Assembly (NCBI GenBank): GCA_023515725.1
Contig: JALDTO010000235.1
Span: forward strand, 520,541-584,540
Direction: 5' to 3'
Length of the DNA: 64,000 bases
Source: Amoeboaphelidium protococcarum X5
Taxonomy: Eukaryota; Fungi; Aphelidiomycota
Made by a program: the position numbers and the translations under genes. Position 1 is the first letter of the stretch, and each line of letters begins with the position of its first letter. This document shows positions 1 through 13,683 of the stretch, piece by piece. A model generated the notes under the pieces. The model was not told the DNA's origin. It did no database searches and was given only the letters and a program-made list of their open reading frames with translations.

Positions 1-498
1 TGCTTTATTGAGGGTACATTTATCCATGTCTGACAGAGTTGATTTTCAAGCGTTGAGCATCACTAGTTTAGTCTGAAGTTATACCCATCTGACGATCCAC
101 AGCGATTTCCAATCTGTATTAACTACACGCTTCATTCATATAAAGATCATATGACATTTATCGAGTACTATGAACTTACCCGGCTCTTGTCATGTTAATG
201 TTTTGAAATTTCCATATCGACAACTCCATACTTTTTGCTTATTGTATATCTATCTGATACTCTATTCAGAACGCAATAAAAAGGTTGATGACACCTCCAT
301 GGCAACCATAAAAGATGGAGCCTGATTGAATTCACAGTTAGTATCCAAGGTGCGTGATCAAAGCGCAATGAAATCTCAGTACATTAATCATCTCTTAGCA
401 GTCTCTATCCATGCATCCGAGTCAATTTAAAAAGAGAATAATTACTTGTAAATGGTATGATCAATTAAGCGAATTTATTGATTTACACGAGCAGGAGA

Positions 499-3400
499 TC
501 AAATGAAGACATCCATGGAGATCATTGCTTCCTTGGCAGGTAGGGGAATCGTTCTCAGATCTTCTTGATACATGAAGCGAGATGGATACTACACCAAGTG
601 GCCGTGTATTCTGTTTAGCATTTCTTCAGTCTTCTCCGGTGTCTCTTACACTATTAAATGACCGGCCAATCTATCCTTGGTGGAGATTGACTTCCATTTA
701 TCATACTCAGACCATGTCTGAATGTAGTCATCAGGAATACAACTGAACAGCTAACGATATAGATTAGTATTAGATTCCGCAATGTCCTTCCACATACTAA
801 ACAGCGCGTCTTGAGATGGGAAATTACTGGCAAGGTATTCAAATGAGAGTCCACTATGCTCTTGGAATAGTTACAATCTTAAATCTCGGACACTTTTTGA
901 GCAGCTTACAGAAGCACTTTCCCCTAATTAAACTTTAACTTTACTTGAATCAGTTATAACAATAGCCACTTCGGCATCACGACTTCCGGCGAGGGAACGG
1001 TCATTTATATTAGCAGAACCAACTATAGCCCAATCGTCATCAACGATCATCACCTTGGAGTGGATATAAATCTACTCTGTGACTAAGCCCAAAGTACTAG
1101 CTGATGCGGACTGATTTTATTAAGTGGTGGTGGTGGGATCGATAGAAGGCCCAACACCTAGTCTTCCATAGTTCCGCAGGGAGCAGACACTCAAATACTG
1201 ATCAGGATCCACGCCTTTCCGTAGTAGAAACTCCAGCAGAGATCCTTCACCCTTCCTAAAAGTACTCTAATGCCAATGAAATATCAAACGTGTAGTCATA
1301 CCCTCCGCGACATCATTCTCAAAAGCAGGCAGAAGAGGAACGATTATATACACTTTAAATTCAGCACCAGCTTCATGAGCTTACAATATCTTTTTACCAA
1401 TGGCAAGAGCAATGCGGTTACGTATGACACCTGATTACGCGTCTTCCAATGCACTAGAGATGAAAAACTAATTCTCAATGTAAATGAAATGCTTAGCATT
1501 CTCAATCAATGAGATGTAAGCTTCATATATACTCTGCTCTCGCTTGACGCCCATTGACCATTCACAGCACGATCTTAATACTTGAATTTCACTTGTACCA
1601 ATAGATGAGTAATCGTGCCGTTAAGACATTGGAAAATTGTCTTCAGATGGAGGTAACAGATACACAATATCGTCTCTCTCTTTGGATTTCTAAAATTTTA
1701 TAAAATTCCACCTTTAAACAAAATGACGTGCCACATCCTTCGCCGACTGTCCACTCAACGAGCAAGCAACATCATGCCATGGCATACGAGCGCATTCCTT
1801 CTTGTCTACCAGCAGCATGTCATAATTGTGTACATCAACGAAATCTTTAACTCTTGGATTGGAATAATCTTGACCTGGCCAGATCGGAAACTGGCTTCCA
1901 TCACCACCGTTATCATCGCTAGAAATAAAATCACCTACACAGTGACTTCTATCATCAAACCGGCCCATACATAAATCAAGTCCTCCAAGGAATGCGACAT
2001 TTTCATCGACAATACACATCTTATCGTGAAGCGCCCAATAGTAAACACCACCAGGAATGTGATCAGGGTATCTCAAAACTTTAATATTCGGATGTAAACC
2101 GCTTAGCGTAGCTTTAGAGTGGGCAGAGTTGATAGTAAGCGCATACGTGACTTCTTTGTACAAGATTACATAGATGAGAACCCCTTCTTTGGCCTTTTTT
2201 AAAAGCAGCTTATCCAATCGAGCATCTGGATAGAGATTACTTGGTCGCTTCAGGTAAATCTCTGGACTCATCCACCAATCTTCAATGTAAATGACACTTT
2301 TAGCACTTGATATGGATTTGTATACAGCTTCAAAATAATCTTTGCCATCTACAAATAACCGACACTGGACATGATCTCTAACAGGGGCGAAAGAGTTAAA
2401 TCTATGACCTTTAGACCAGAGCGATTTGTCAATAGAGAATGCAATATCAGTAACCAGCTCCTTGAACTGCTTGTCGGTATCAGCGCGTACTATCAGATTA
2501 CGAGCCTCATTCGATAACACGAATGTCTTGAAATGAAACGGATTCATGGAGTGTTGCTGCATTTAGTACAGGGACGCAGACGAGTCATATGGTACAACTT
2601 CTGAAGGATATCGACTGTCTATTTAATCATAATACGCCAAGTATGAATCCTTTACACACAGCCAAACTTGTCGCCCTTACACCAGAGTTGGGATGCAACA
2701 AAACTTGAGCTATACACCTCGACGTCCTTTGTTTACCATACACTCTTTGCCCTTCCATCCGCTAGTCGTGATAGATGAGCTAATCTCCAGAAACTAGAAA
2801 ATTTCAACCACATTACACAGTCTATATCGCGCCATCAACTTGGCAAGATAATCTTACAAAGCCTTACGTCTCTTGTTACGCAACCGCAATAAATACACGT
2901 CACGAGTCTCCCGTCTAGCATTTTAATACGTGTATGCCTTGGCCTTTTCAAAAGCGTAATTCACCTGAGATGGAAAGTTGGGAACTCCAGGATAACTCTT
3001 TGGGTGTTTGAGATGATTCAGTCGCAACTAGGTGTGCAATCTATACAAATCATTAAATGATCGCACTATGGACCATTAGACAGGGCCATAACTCAAATTG
3101 ATTCGCACCACATTCTACGAATAATCCACACCATCATCCTCATTATCACTAATCTTTAGCGAGAGCATTGCCAAGATACATGGCACAGAGACATTGTACG
3201 CATCTCGTTTGATATACCTAGATCTGAAAGGAGATAATCCCACCTGCATTAGGGAGAGTTCATTTTACTATTTCGCAAGTTCCCCTCTATCGCCAGCCTT
3301 CTATTTCTTAGTTAACAAGTCCCGGGGTAGAGAGAATTTCTTAATCTTGTCCACAGCTTCCCGAAGTCTAGTCTTGGCCTTGATAGCATGAGCAGAAATA

Positions 3401-3843
3401 GTTAAGGCTCGTGACGGTGGTCGTGCAATTTCTGCGCTGCGTGCACTGACAATACTGCTTGCCTATGATTTCTACTCTTTCACAAGGTCACCATCAATTA
3501 CACCAGGCTCACTTATAACGGAGGCGACATCATCTTGGCCAGTGGGACGTGAAGAAGAGGCTGACCACATCTTTGACGAATGAGGAGAAAAGGTGGACCG
3601 CCGCATTGTCTTCCAACTGCTAGAAATTGAAGAGCGACTTTCCATCAGAGGTTTAAATATACTGACCAGAGACTCCCATTTGGACTCCTACTACTGATGG
3701 GTATGTTCAGAGTGGGATGTGTCAACATCCATTTCCTGGCCGGCTTAATCGTTACCACTACTCCCCTTTCTCCCTTGAATTTCCACTTAGTCTTCCAGAG
3801 CATTCGCGCCAACAGCTGATTGATACTAGATGTCGTCTTCCAT
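499..3843 (-). CDS. PLD1: Phospholipase D1/Spo14-type (PX-PH-PLD), about 1114 aa, apparently intronless
   Basis: One open frame from ATG 3843 to TGA 499 when TAR=Gln. Two HxKxxxxD motifs ([11 protein letters not shown]; E[TAG][21 protein letters not shown]), plus RMPWHD and ARHFV[TAA]RWN. PX- and PH-like N-terminal half. Confidence 0.93.
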
Positions 3844-4506
3844 TTCGGCGGCGATGTGTTGGTTATCACTTTAAAAGGTTATTAACTATATTGATCAGAA
3901 AGATAATGATTGGCTTAAAGACGAAAGAGAATGAGCAATTACTTGCCCCAAATTTATAATGATCCCAAACGAGGATGATGGATCAATTCCGAATGATTGA
4001 ATGGCGCAGTCATCCCCGCATTGAAAACGCGTGAATCGTGAGCTGTTTGATCTAATTGGGTAAACTAATAAATGCAAAGTTAATATTTTGACTTCTAATT
4101 TAAACCTGCAATTATACATTTTTATGGAAAATGAATTGAACTAAAATGGAAATATGATTAGAATAAATATAGACATTTAGTCTAACGCGAATCCGGTCAT
4201 GACAGTGGAAACATGAACAGCAAATCATTTCTCCAAAAGCTAATAGAGTCTGCTCACATGAAATCTCTACTTTTGCAATCGTCGTCCTAATACTTTATCT
4301 CAATTTACGAGCTAGTTTGATCTTCTTGATCATTTTGTGATACTAAATTGGGCTATTCTTCAATGTGATTGGCGATGTTTGAGATTAAAGCAATCGCTGT
4401 GATGAGTGTCAGGTGATGAGCCATCATTTCCAAGTGCCTTCTTCTTCTCTACAATTTAAATAAATCTACTTCAAATTTTATATATTTTGCGTCGTCTATT
4501 TCTATA

Positions 4507-5171
4507 ATGAGTGATTTTACTGCGTTATCCGAAGAGTTGCAACTATATATCCTATACGTAAGATTTTTATAATGTGTTTCATCTCTAATTCTTATCCCAC
4601 CGTGACGATCAATTTGTAGTTTGTCGATGACGTTGATTTTCAGGAATTGGCGCGTGTCAATAGATTGCTGAGAAGACTCTCTGCCGACATTGTGCTATGG
4701 AAACACTTTCACTTGGTGAAGAATGCTGCCATCCTGGAGTCGAGGCTGTTTCTGGCTCAGGATCACAGCAGGCCCGATAGAGCTGAATTGGTGGAGAGGA
4801 ATATTTTGAAAGGTGTCAAGGCTCATCAGATATCCCGCGGTGTCTACGTTAATGGCCACGCGCAGATCTAAATGATTGAAACGTAGCAGAAGATTGATCG
4901 TCAGATGAAAGAGAATGTTGTGAATAAGGCGCTGAAGGAGCGACCAGAGCGATCTGATCTGGAAAAGCTGCGTGTTGTCCCTGACGGTGTCAAAGTGAGC
5001 AGTGAATCCGTTTCACCGCTGCTCGTTTAGCGAATGCTGAAACTGCGCAGAGCAATGTCCACAAAGCGCGTCAGAATGCGTTTGGATCGTCGCGTATCTG
5101 TTGAAGATCTTGCGCACATCCCCATGTCACCGAATTCAGATAATCCAAGTTAGTAGCTACCGATCCTTTGA
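4507..5171 (+). CDS. F-box protein with RPEL-like repeats (exons 4507-4557, 4620-5171)
   Basis: MSDFTALSEELQLYILY|FVDDVDFQELARVNRLLRRLSADIVLWK is F-box-like. RPDRAELVERNIL and RPERSDLEKLRVV are RPEL-like. The 62-nt intron GTAAG..TGTAG restores the frame. Confidence 0.75.
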
Positions 5172-5396
5172 TCCATTTTATCCCAGTTACATCCTCCGTT
5201 TACAATTTCAATGAGTAGAGTGATTTGCATTTGATTTAATGTTGTAATAAATATTTTTATGAATTTTTGAAACTTTGGTTTTGATTTGTGATTAGTTTTG
5301 AATATTCATGAACTTCGAAGTCATTGCTTACGTTTGACTAAATTAAAGCGCACTTTTCTATTCTAAAATTGTTGAATCAAATTCAAATACATTGTT

Positions 5397-6035
5397 ATGA
5401 ATCCTTTTAAATCATAGACACCAAAAGAGTTATAGCGTGCGTAGTAGAAAGAATTCAAGTAAATTGAGCGCGGTCTTACCAGAGATTAGCAGTCACTAGA
5501 AAGACAAGAGAAATAGTTGATCGCAGACATCCAGAAAGCGTCGCGACGCGGGGACCAGCTGACTGCCAAAGCTTTTGCCAAGCAGCTGGTAAGGCTTCGC
5601 TCTTAAATGAGCAAGAACGTTGGAGTTAAAGCTCAGATTGGTGGCATTAGTGCCTAAAGTCGAATGGCGGCATCTAATATCGGAATGGCGACTGCTATGG
5701 CTAAGACAACCAAGATCATGGCGACAAGCAATAAGTAGATGAGTTTGGAGAAAATGCAGACAACAATGTAAGACTTTGAACGATAGAACTCTGAGATGGA
5801 TATGAAGAGTGAATTAATGAACGACAGTATTGACAATGTTCTGGAAGAGAGTGGCGATGAAGAGGAATCACAAGCTATTATGGATTAGATTTTGGATGAG
5901 ATTGGCATTGATCAAATAGCATCGATGCCCTCTGCTGCCTCTAATAGAATTGGCGGTTCTATATCTCAAGCTAACAAGTCAGCTTCCACATCTAAAAGCA
6001 GTCTCGATGATCGCCTTAATCAGTTAAAGAATTGA
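5397..6035 (+). CDS. CHMP2B: ESCRT-III subunit, CHMP2/Vps2 family (CHMP2B-like), 212 aa
   Basis: AKAFAKQLVRLRSQ, MQDFERQNSEMDMKSELMNDSIDNVL, GDEEESQAIMDQILDEIGI and C-terminal MIM1-like LDDRLNQLK. The frame is open only with TAR=Gln. Confidence 0.85.
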
Positions 6036-6297
6036 TACATTATCCCAATCTGATTTTTCCCACGTGATTGTACTTAAATTGATATAAAAAATCTCTTTGA
6101 AACTGAATACGTTGGTTCTTTACACTACACGCTCCTTTTATACTCTTAACAACGCCTTGAACAAAAACGACTGGCTTGAATTGACGCGTCGATGATCTGA
6201 AACGCGTTGAGACTGCGACCGAACACTACGAGATACGTCAAGTCTAAAATGAATTTTTTCCATCTCCGCCTGAAACTATTGAAACGAAACATAGGAA

Positions 6298-7060
6298 ATG
6301 CCTCAGTAATTTACTTATATACTGGGAGGATAGCTGGAATATGCTAGAGTAAGATTATATTTCATTAAGTCTATCTTAAATTGACATTTTATGTAGATAA
6401 AGGGGTGTGACAATCTGTATTGCAAGTTTGGATTTGAGTGGGGAACGAACTGGACTTTGATCCAGGTAAAAGCTGTCTTATTTGAGCTTAGTTATATATA
6501 TTTAACAAAATAATTCATACGAAGCTGGTAGGGAACTGAGAATTGTATAACGTAATAGGCATGTATGTCAAGTGTTTCCATATTTGGTGGACAGGAGGCT
6601 GTAAATGTTTTCAATTAGCCTATAGATTTGGCCTTCACCTCGTAGAACGTGTTTGGATGGCCACAGATTGTCATATCAGTGCACGGTCCAGACATATTAC
6701 AGAGGGATGTTGTCAGAGGATATGGAGTCGCGTATCTACCTCGATAATCAGGAAGGTAATATAATTATACTTTCTACTGCATGAATATCGGCAATTATTA
6801 TTCACAAGATTTGATAAAGACAGTGTAGACACACTATTGATATTCCACTATTTCGACCACAGGCTTCATCGTTCCTAAGTTCATTAGCTGGAACTTTAAA
6901 TGGATAATTGCCAGAATTTAAAGATTTCCGATTTCTTGCCAAGTCCAGGGACAGAGATTTGGTGCGCACAGTATCCAGTGGGTACGTTAGACTCCAACTT
7001 AATATCATAATTAAAGATTTGGATAAATTGGGATACAACAATGGATAAAAGCGGACATGA
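6298..7060 (+). CDS. B9D1: B9-domain ciliary transition-zone protein (exons 6298-6348, 6397-6465, 6532-6755, 6829-7060)
   Basis: [54 protein letters not shown] and [19 protein letters not shown] match B9D1. Three GT..GTAG introns. Confidence 0.88.
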
Positions 7061-7117
7061 TATGTACCATTATTTATTACATGTATATATTTTTATCCAA
7101 AGTTTAATAAACTTAAT

Positions 7118-8440
7118 TCATTACTGCAGTTAATCGCTACTAATTTCTCCTTCTTCAATATCCTCATCAATGCTATTTGTGCTTGTCAGCGGAAATTCTA
7201 CATTCCCCTCTAAAATGACATCTTCATCTAATACTTCAACCAGCGATTTCTGAGATGTAAGATAATCAACAACTTTCATAAAAAAGGTTAGCTGAACGTT
7301 ACTCTACGCGCCAGACTTTATAATTGAACTAGCATCATCTGCGCCAGGTGATTCAGAGTTAAGCGGAGTATGAGAGTATCTACATCTGGATCCATATTTA
7401 CATTTGCCTTATTTGGCGAATACTGTACACGTCTTTTACTTCGATGTAGATTTAGTCTTTTACTTTTTTGACTACTTTTACTGACTCTAGTCACCTCCAT
7501 CTTGTGCCAGAACATTAGTTTTCATACTAGATGCAGACAGTGGTCCTTCGCGGAAGCGTGAGAGATACTCTTACGTTTTATCTACCTATAATGATTAAGA
7601 CTGCTGCAACTCTTCAGCTTTCTGCGCCACTCTCTCTGCAGTTGGATATCTGGCGCGTCTTTCAGCTCTCCATTGCTCAATCTCTGCGTCCTGCATAATC
7701 TTCACCTGAATACCTCCACTATCATCCTCATTGACGCATTAAACTCCGGCTGTATTAATCTCATTTCGCTAATCGCAAGTATCGCCAATCTTTCGCTTCT
7801 TCTAAGATTGTACTGTATCATCTTTGTGCCTACCAGCACCAATACCAGCACCAGTATCATGAACATCACGTTTATGCTAAGTCACGACACGCTTAGGCGC
7901 CTCAAATTGACAGCCATCATGGTCACATTTAACATGTGTCTTGATATGATTTTGATACGATGCTTCATTATCAAAATTCAGATTGCATGTGGAACATTCA
8001 CTCGGTATTAGCTATTTAGCGTACTTTTTGTGACTTTTAGATGACCCATTGTTGTTGTTGTTGTGAGAGACTGTCATACTAGGCATTGCACAATTTTACA
8101 TTTACATCAGGTACTGATTACTATATGCTTAATACGGATATGGAGCATATGCTACAGAATTCGCCGCTTACTATTAAATCTGCTGTGATGGCGGCTGGGG
8201 AGGACTGTAATAGCTAGCTTGAGTCATTTGATGATTATACTAACCAGAAGGCACAGCATAAGGAATATTGTTGGCCAACATCATTCCACCAGGTAATAGA
8301 TTCTATAACGCGCTTTATTACTACATCTATGGATATTGCATCTACTGGTAGTATAATAACTATGGATGTACAGTTTGCTATTACAATGTCTGCTACTAAA
8401 CCTGCGGTATATCATCTGCCACTTACTCCTTTTCAGCCAT
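7118..8440 (-). CDS. NUFIP1: NUFIP1/Rsa1-like snoRNP assembly factor with C2H2 and CCCH zinc fingers, 440 aa
   Basis: Q/P/Y-rich N-terminus. CSTC..HIKTHVKCDHDGC..HKRDVH (C2H2 pair), EIEQWRAERRARYPT (NUFIP1/Rsa1 motif) and CTVFAKQGKCKYGSRCRYSH (CCCH). Confidence 0.8.
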
Positions 8441-8795
8441 ATTTTCAATGAGCGGCTCTCGTTTCAGATCAACACTAAAGAGAAAAAGTCAAAAGACGCG
8501 ATAAGATGCGCTAAAATTTCCCCTTAAATGATTGTTACTACCATGCTTTATTATTTGTATATACTATTAGCAAGCTTAATCTGCGATATATTTTAATTTT
8601 AATAGTTCTTTTTATATATTCTTTTATGTTGCATTTTATAGCTGAGTGCCAGAACAAAGACTTAGAAATACATTGTTATTTGCATATTACATAGAGCGAT
8701 TTGAACTGAACTGATTGATTGATTGTTAAGTTGATCTTTTCGCTTAAACCTTCGCTATTTTTTAAATTTTGGCTTCGTAAAACTACTAACTGTAA

Positions 8796-9716
<921 letters not shown>

Positions 9717-9983
9717 GCTCTCTTTAAGAGTACTGTGAATAAAAATGTATCTTCCATAACTATATCTTGACACGATTTTGATTGTACTTACATACTTTGT
9801 CTTTCAATCCACATTAATTCAAAAGTTCATATAATTATCAGTCCCAATCGATTAGCACAACTGAAAAGAAAGAAATGCAACCAAGTATTACTACAATCTA
9901 ATTTACTTTATTACCAATATCTTTATCACATGAACTAAATCACTAGTACAAATCCTTCATATAAATCCTGTAAAGAGATAGAC

Positions 9984-12575
9984 TCAACTGATTTGGAAAA
10001 TGTCCTACAAAACGGAAGCTCCCTTGCGATAAGTATCCAGTAGCTGCATACATTACTTTCTCTCCTCAACTATCCGCTCATCTTCCATAAGCAACTGATT
10101 AAACAGATCCTCCTTGTACAAAGAGGTGACCAAATGACTCTGCATATTCTCCCTCCCGAAATTCACCATCATATGCATAACAGCTTTCGGTACCAGGTCG
10201 GCAATACTCTTACGAACAATGTTAAAGTAAGAGTGTATCAAAGCCTTGATCAACTCCACCTCCAGGTCCTCCTTCTCCGGCTGCAACACCGACTATATAC
10301 CATCATCACTTCTCCTTTCATAAGCCTCATCAGCGGATAACAATTATCTCGTTGGGCTATTAGATCTAGACTGACGACCAATGGCCACCATATCTGATCT
10401 CATAGGCGCAGTATTGTGGCGTGCACCATCAGAGCCAACATCCACAGCAGAGTGTTAACCAAAGAAATACGTCAGGAAGCCTCCATCTTTAGATTGAGAA
10501 TGCGATCCACCGTATTACTACTACTACTACTGATTAGAATGTCCATATGGAACTGGTGATACAGATCTACCAACAGCAGAATGATAATCAACTGGATTGG
10601 TTCTCTACTTACCTCTAGAGTGAGACCTGGCACTAGATTCTGCATGATCACCAACACCTTGAGCGAATGCGATACCACTGCTCAACTGCATTTACTTTCT
10701 ATTACGATCCTGCTCCAATTTCCTCATCTAATGTTTTCTCTCAATCTGTGCAATCGCAGCACTTCCACCAATAAAATCAGGATGATTAGTATTAATATAC
10801 GACAATTGGATATCCACCAGTGATGCGATATACTACTACGTTGGATTCATTCGATCTTTAAGCAGTTAAACAGACGCTTCCACCACTCTCTGATGCAACA
10901 AGGGAAATCTAGCCAACTCTTTATTTTCACAAGAGGAGATGATCTTTAGCAGTTCATCAAATACCAATTCAACACATTTCAAAGCAGGCACTTCCAGCTT
11001 TCGAATCTGAGGCTTTATCAACAGATCGAATGCCTGCTCCGGTACAAACAGTGATGCTCTAGGACCAGATGCATTACGAATTGCTGTGCGAATATCTTGA
11101 ACGCTCAGACCAGCACATGGATCTATCGATGCCAACGTCTGACCAAATATTGAGTTGAATATATAAAATAGTCTAGCACCGCCACTAAGTTCTTAAGTAA
11201 ACAAGTCAGAATAGGTACCATCAATGGCAGATACAAAGTTGACAGAGAATTTAGTCAATATACGTAGCAGGGTGGTGCCCTGATGAGCTTTACCATGATA
11301 GAGTGGATCACCATATGAGTATAATTCCTACTCAGTCTACATGACAAGCAAATTCAACTTGGCCTTCAACTCTGGCAACTTCTCCTTGATATGCTGGATC
11401 AGAATCATATTCAACGTGCGCACAAGATGAGCTGTGCCACACTTGGATTGCATGCTAGAATAGGCTGAATGACTCTTAAAGAAATCCTTCTCAGTTTGCA
11501 AAGCCTTACTTATCGGTAGATTCTTGTTAATATCATCTTGAGATCTATTCACCACGGCACAGAATCCCAATTTAAGTGGATAAGCTTTTCCAATTAGAAT
11601 ATCAAACGCATTAGTTCCCTTGTCCATCAAGTCCAACTTTGTAAGAACGCCAATAGTCCTCTTGCCATCAGGATCAACTTCACGAGCCAGCTTCAAAGCA
11701 TCAGAATTGGCAATATCCTAATTGGCAGGAGATACTGCGAGTATAACAGCATTAGGCTTGGCGATGTACTCCAATATCAAGCGTCTAATTCTCAATTCAA
11801 TATCAGCCGGTTGATCACCAATGGGCACTTTCATAATACCCGGAAGATCCACTAGTGTTAAATTTAGCACCTTATTACTAAAGATCTTGAGATTGATCGG
11901 CTGACGCGCAATTCCCTTGTTATTACCAGCTACTCTAACAGTCTCCTGTTCAATTTCTTATCTAACTACTGAGAAGTCGGTAAACTTTTAGCCTGGCAGG
12001 TGTAGAAACTCTGCCCACTGCTCATTCTAACTCTCAGGCAACTGTACCAGCTACAGAATCAAAGGTCTACGAGTAACAATATCTTTACCGCGGGGAAGAA
12101 AATCTTTCTAAATGATATTCTCCAGCACTGAGCTCTTACCACTAGACTATGATCCAACAACCACAATCTAAGGTAAATCAATATGTTCATGCCCAATGGT
12201 GGAAAAGACATCCTGAAGCTTATTCATTAACGGAATTAAATCATTCAGAGAAGATGGAGCAGTAGCCTGATGGAATGATGCAGAGGAAACAATAGCTTGG
12301 GGATATTACTTTTTAGTCTTTTATTACTATGAAGACTATTTGGCCGGCTGAGCACTACCACCCTAAGTGACTGTAACAGATACAGAATCTGAATTGATCA
12401 AACTACTAGTGTCACTGCTAGAATCTGAATATATATTCCCACCGCCACCAACACCAACAGATGTATTATTACCACTGCCAGCGGAATTGTTGCCATTATA
12501 GCTCATCAGATTAGAAAATGAAGAGATGAATGACCGTCTTCTATATTCCTATGGATTCGTATCACTATTGGTCAT
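9984..12575 (-). CDS. DNM1: Dynamin-related GTPase Dnm1/Drp1, 863 aa
   Basis: LP[TAG]IVVVGS[TAG]SSGKSSVLE (G1), [16 protein letters not shown]-insert GFLTYFFG and [23 protein letters not shown]. Confidence 0.93.
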
Positions 12576-13160
12576 AATATTCCTACAAAATATATATTTG
12601 AGTTTTCTATAAAAAAGAGTGACTTGACTGAAATCAATCTTGAAATGAAAGAGATCAAGCAGTCAAAAAACAAAGCGGTAAAGAAGAAGGAGAACTGAAT
12701 AGGATCGCTCCGAGTGAAAATTCAATTTCTTTTTCGCGATCGGCGATAACAAGGAAAATAAGTCTCGTTTCGCGGGGTCAATGTAATATTTAATGTACAA
12801 GGGCTTTTTAATGGTCCCATCAGTAAGTCCCTCTTTACACGCAATAGAATAAGGCATTTCTATCATTGGTATCAATACGTGCTCTAATCTCTCAGATATT
12901 ATGCTTTTTACACGCAATAATTTTCTGGGTGAGGATAAAGTGTGATACTATTACAGGAGTTGTTGAATCACCAACACTTATTTACGCGTTTTTGTGTGTG
13001 AACTGTTATTTCGCGGTTTCATCATCAGTCACCTCCGAATATTCTATACTATCATTTCTGCATATTTTCAACCAGAAATATCAATTTACTTTAAAATTCA
13101 AATCAATTTATATTGAATTTTCAAGGTTGATAATCAATTAGAGAAATTATGACGTAATCA

Positions 13161-13628
13161 ATGATGCGCATAATGAAGAGGGCCTTCTCTTCTTCTCTGA
13201 ACAAAGACGTAATCTTGGCGAAACATATGACGAAAGTAAACAAGAGTGAAGCAGAGTGGAGAACGATATTGAGTCCAGAGTAGTTTAGAGTGCTGAGACA
13301 GAAGGGCACTGAAAGACCTGGCACTGGCAAGTATGATCATCACTTTGCCAAGGGTGTTTATAACTGTGCCGCGTGTGATGCTCCATTGTTCACGTCTGAA
13401 ACTAAATTTGATAGCGGATGCGGATGGCCAGCCTTCTTCGACACTATCCCTGGCGCTGTTGATAGGCATGAAGATAGGAGCTTTGGAGCGGTTCGCACTG
13501 AGATTGTATGTGCCAATTGTGGATCTCACCTGGGACATGTGTTTCAGGGTGAAGGTTACAAGAATCCTACTGATGAAAGGCACTGTGTGAATAGCGTAAG
13601 TCTCAAATTTACTGAAGCCAAGAAATGA
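13161..13628 (+). CDS. MSRB: Peptide methionine-R-sulfoxide reductase MsrB, Zn-binding, with probable mitochondrial presequence
   Basis: EWRTILSPE[TAG]FRVLRQKGTE, CAAC/CANC, GCGWPAF, HLGHVF and RHCVNS. In-frame ATGs at 13149, 13161 and 13227, so the start is uncertain. Confidence 0.93.
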
Positions 13629-13683
13629 AGATTAATTAGTATGCTGAATATTAAAACTAAGTAGTTGCAACATATATTTGCTT

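Noticed and set aside
1-480. Possible 3' end of a plus-strand gene at the window edge
   Set aside because: Coding-like stretches exist, but I could not build a consistent spliced frame or recognise a family.
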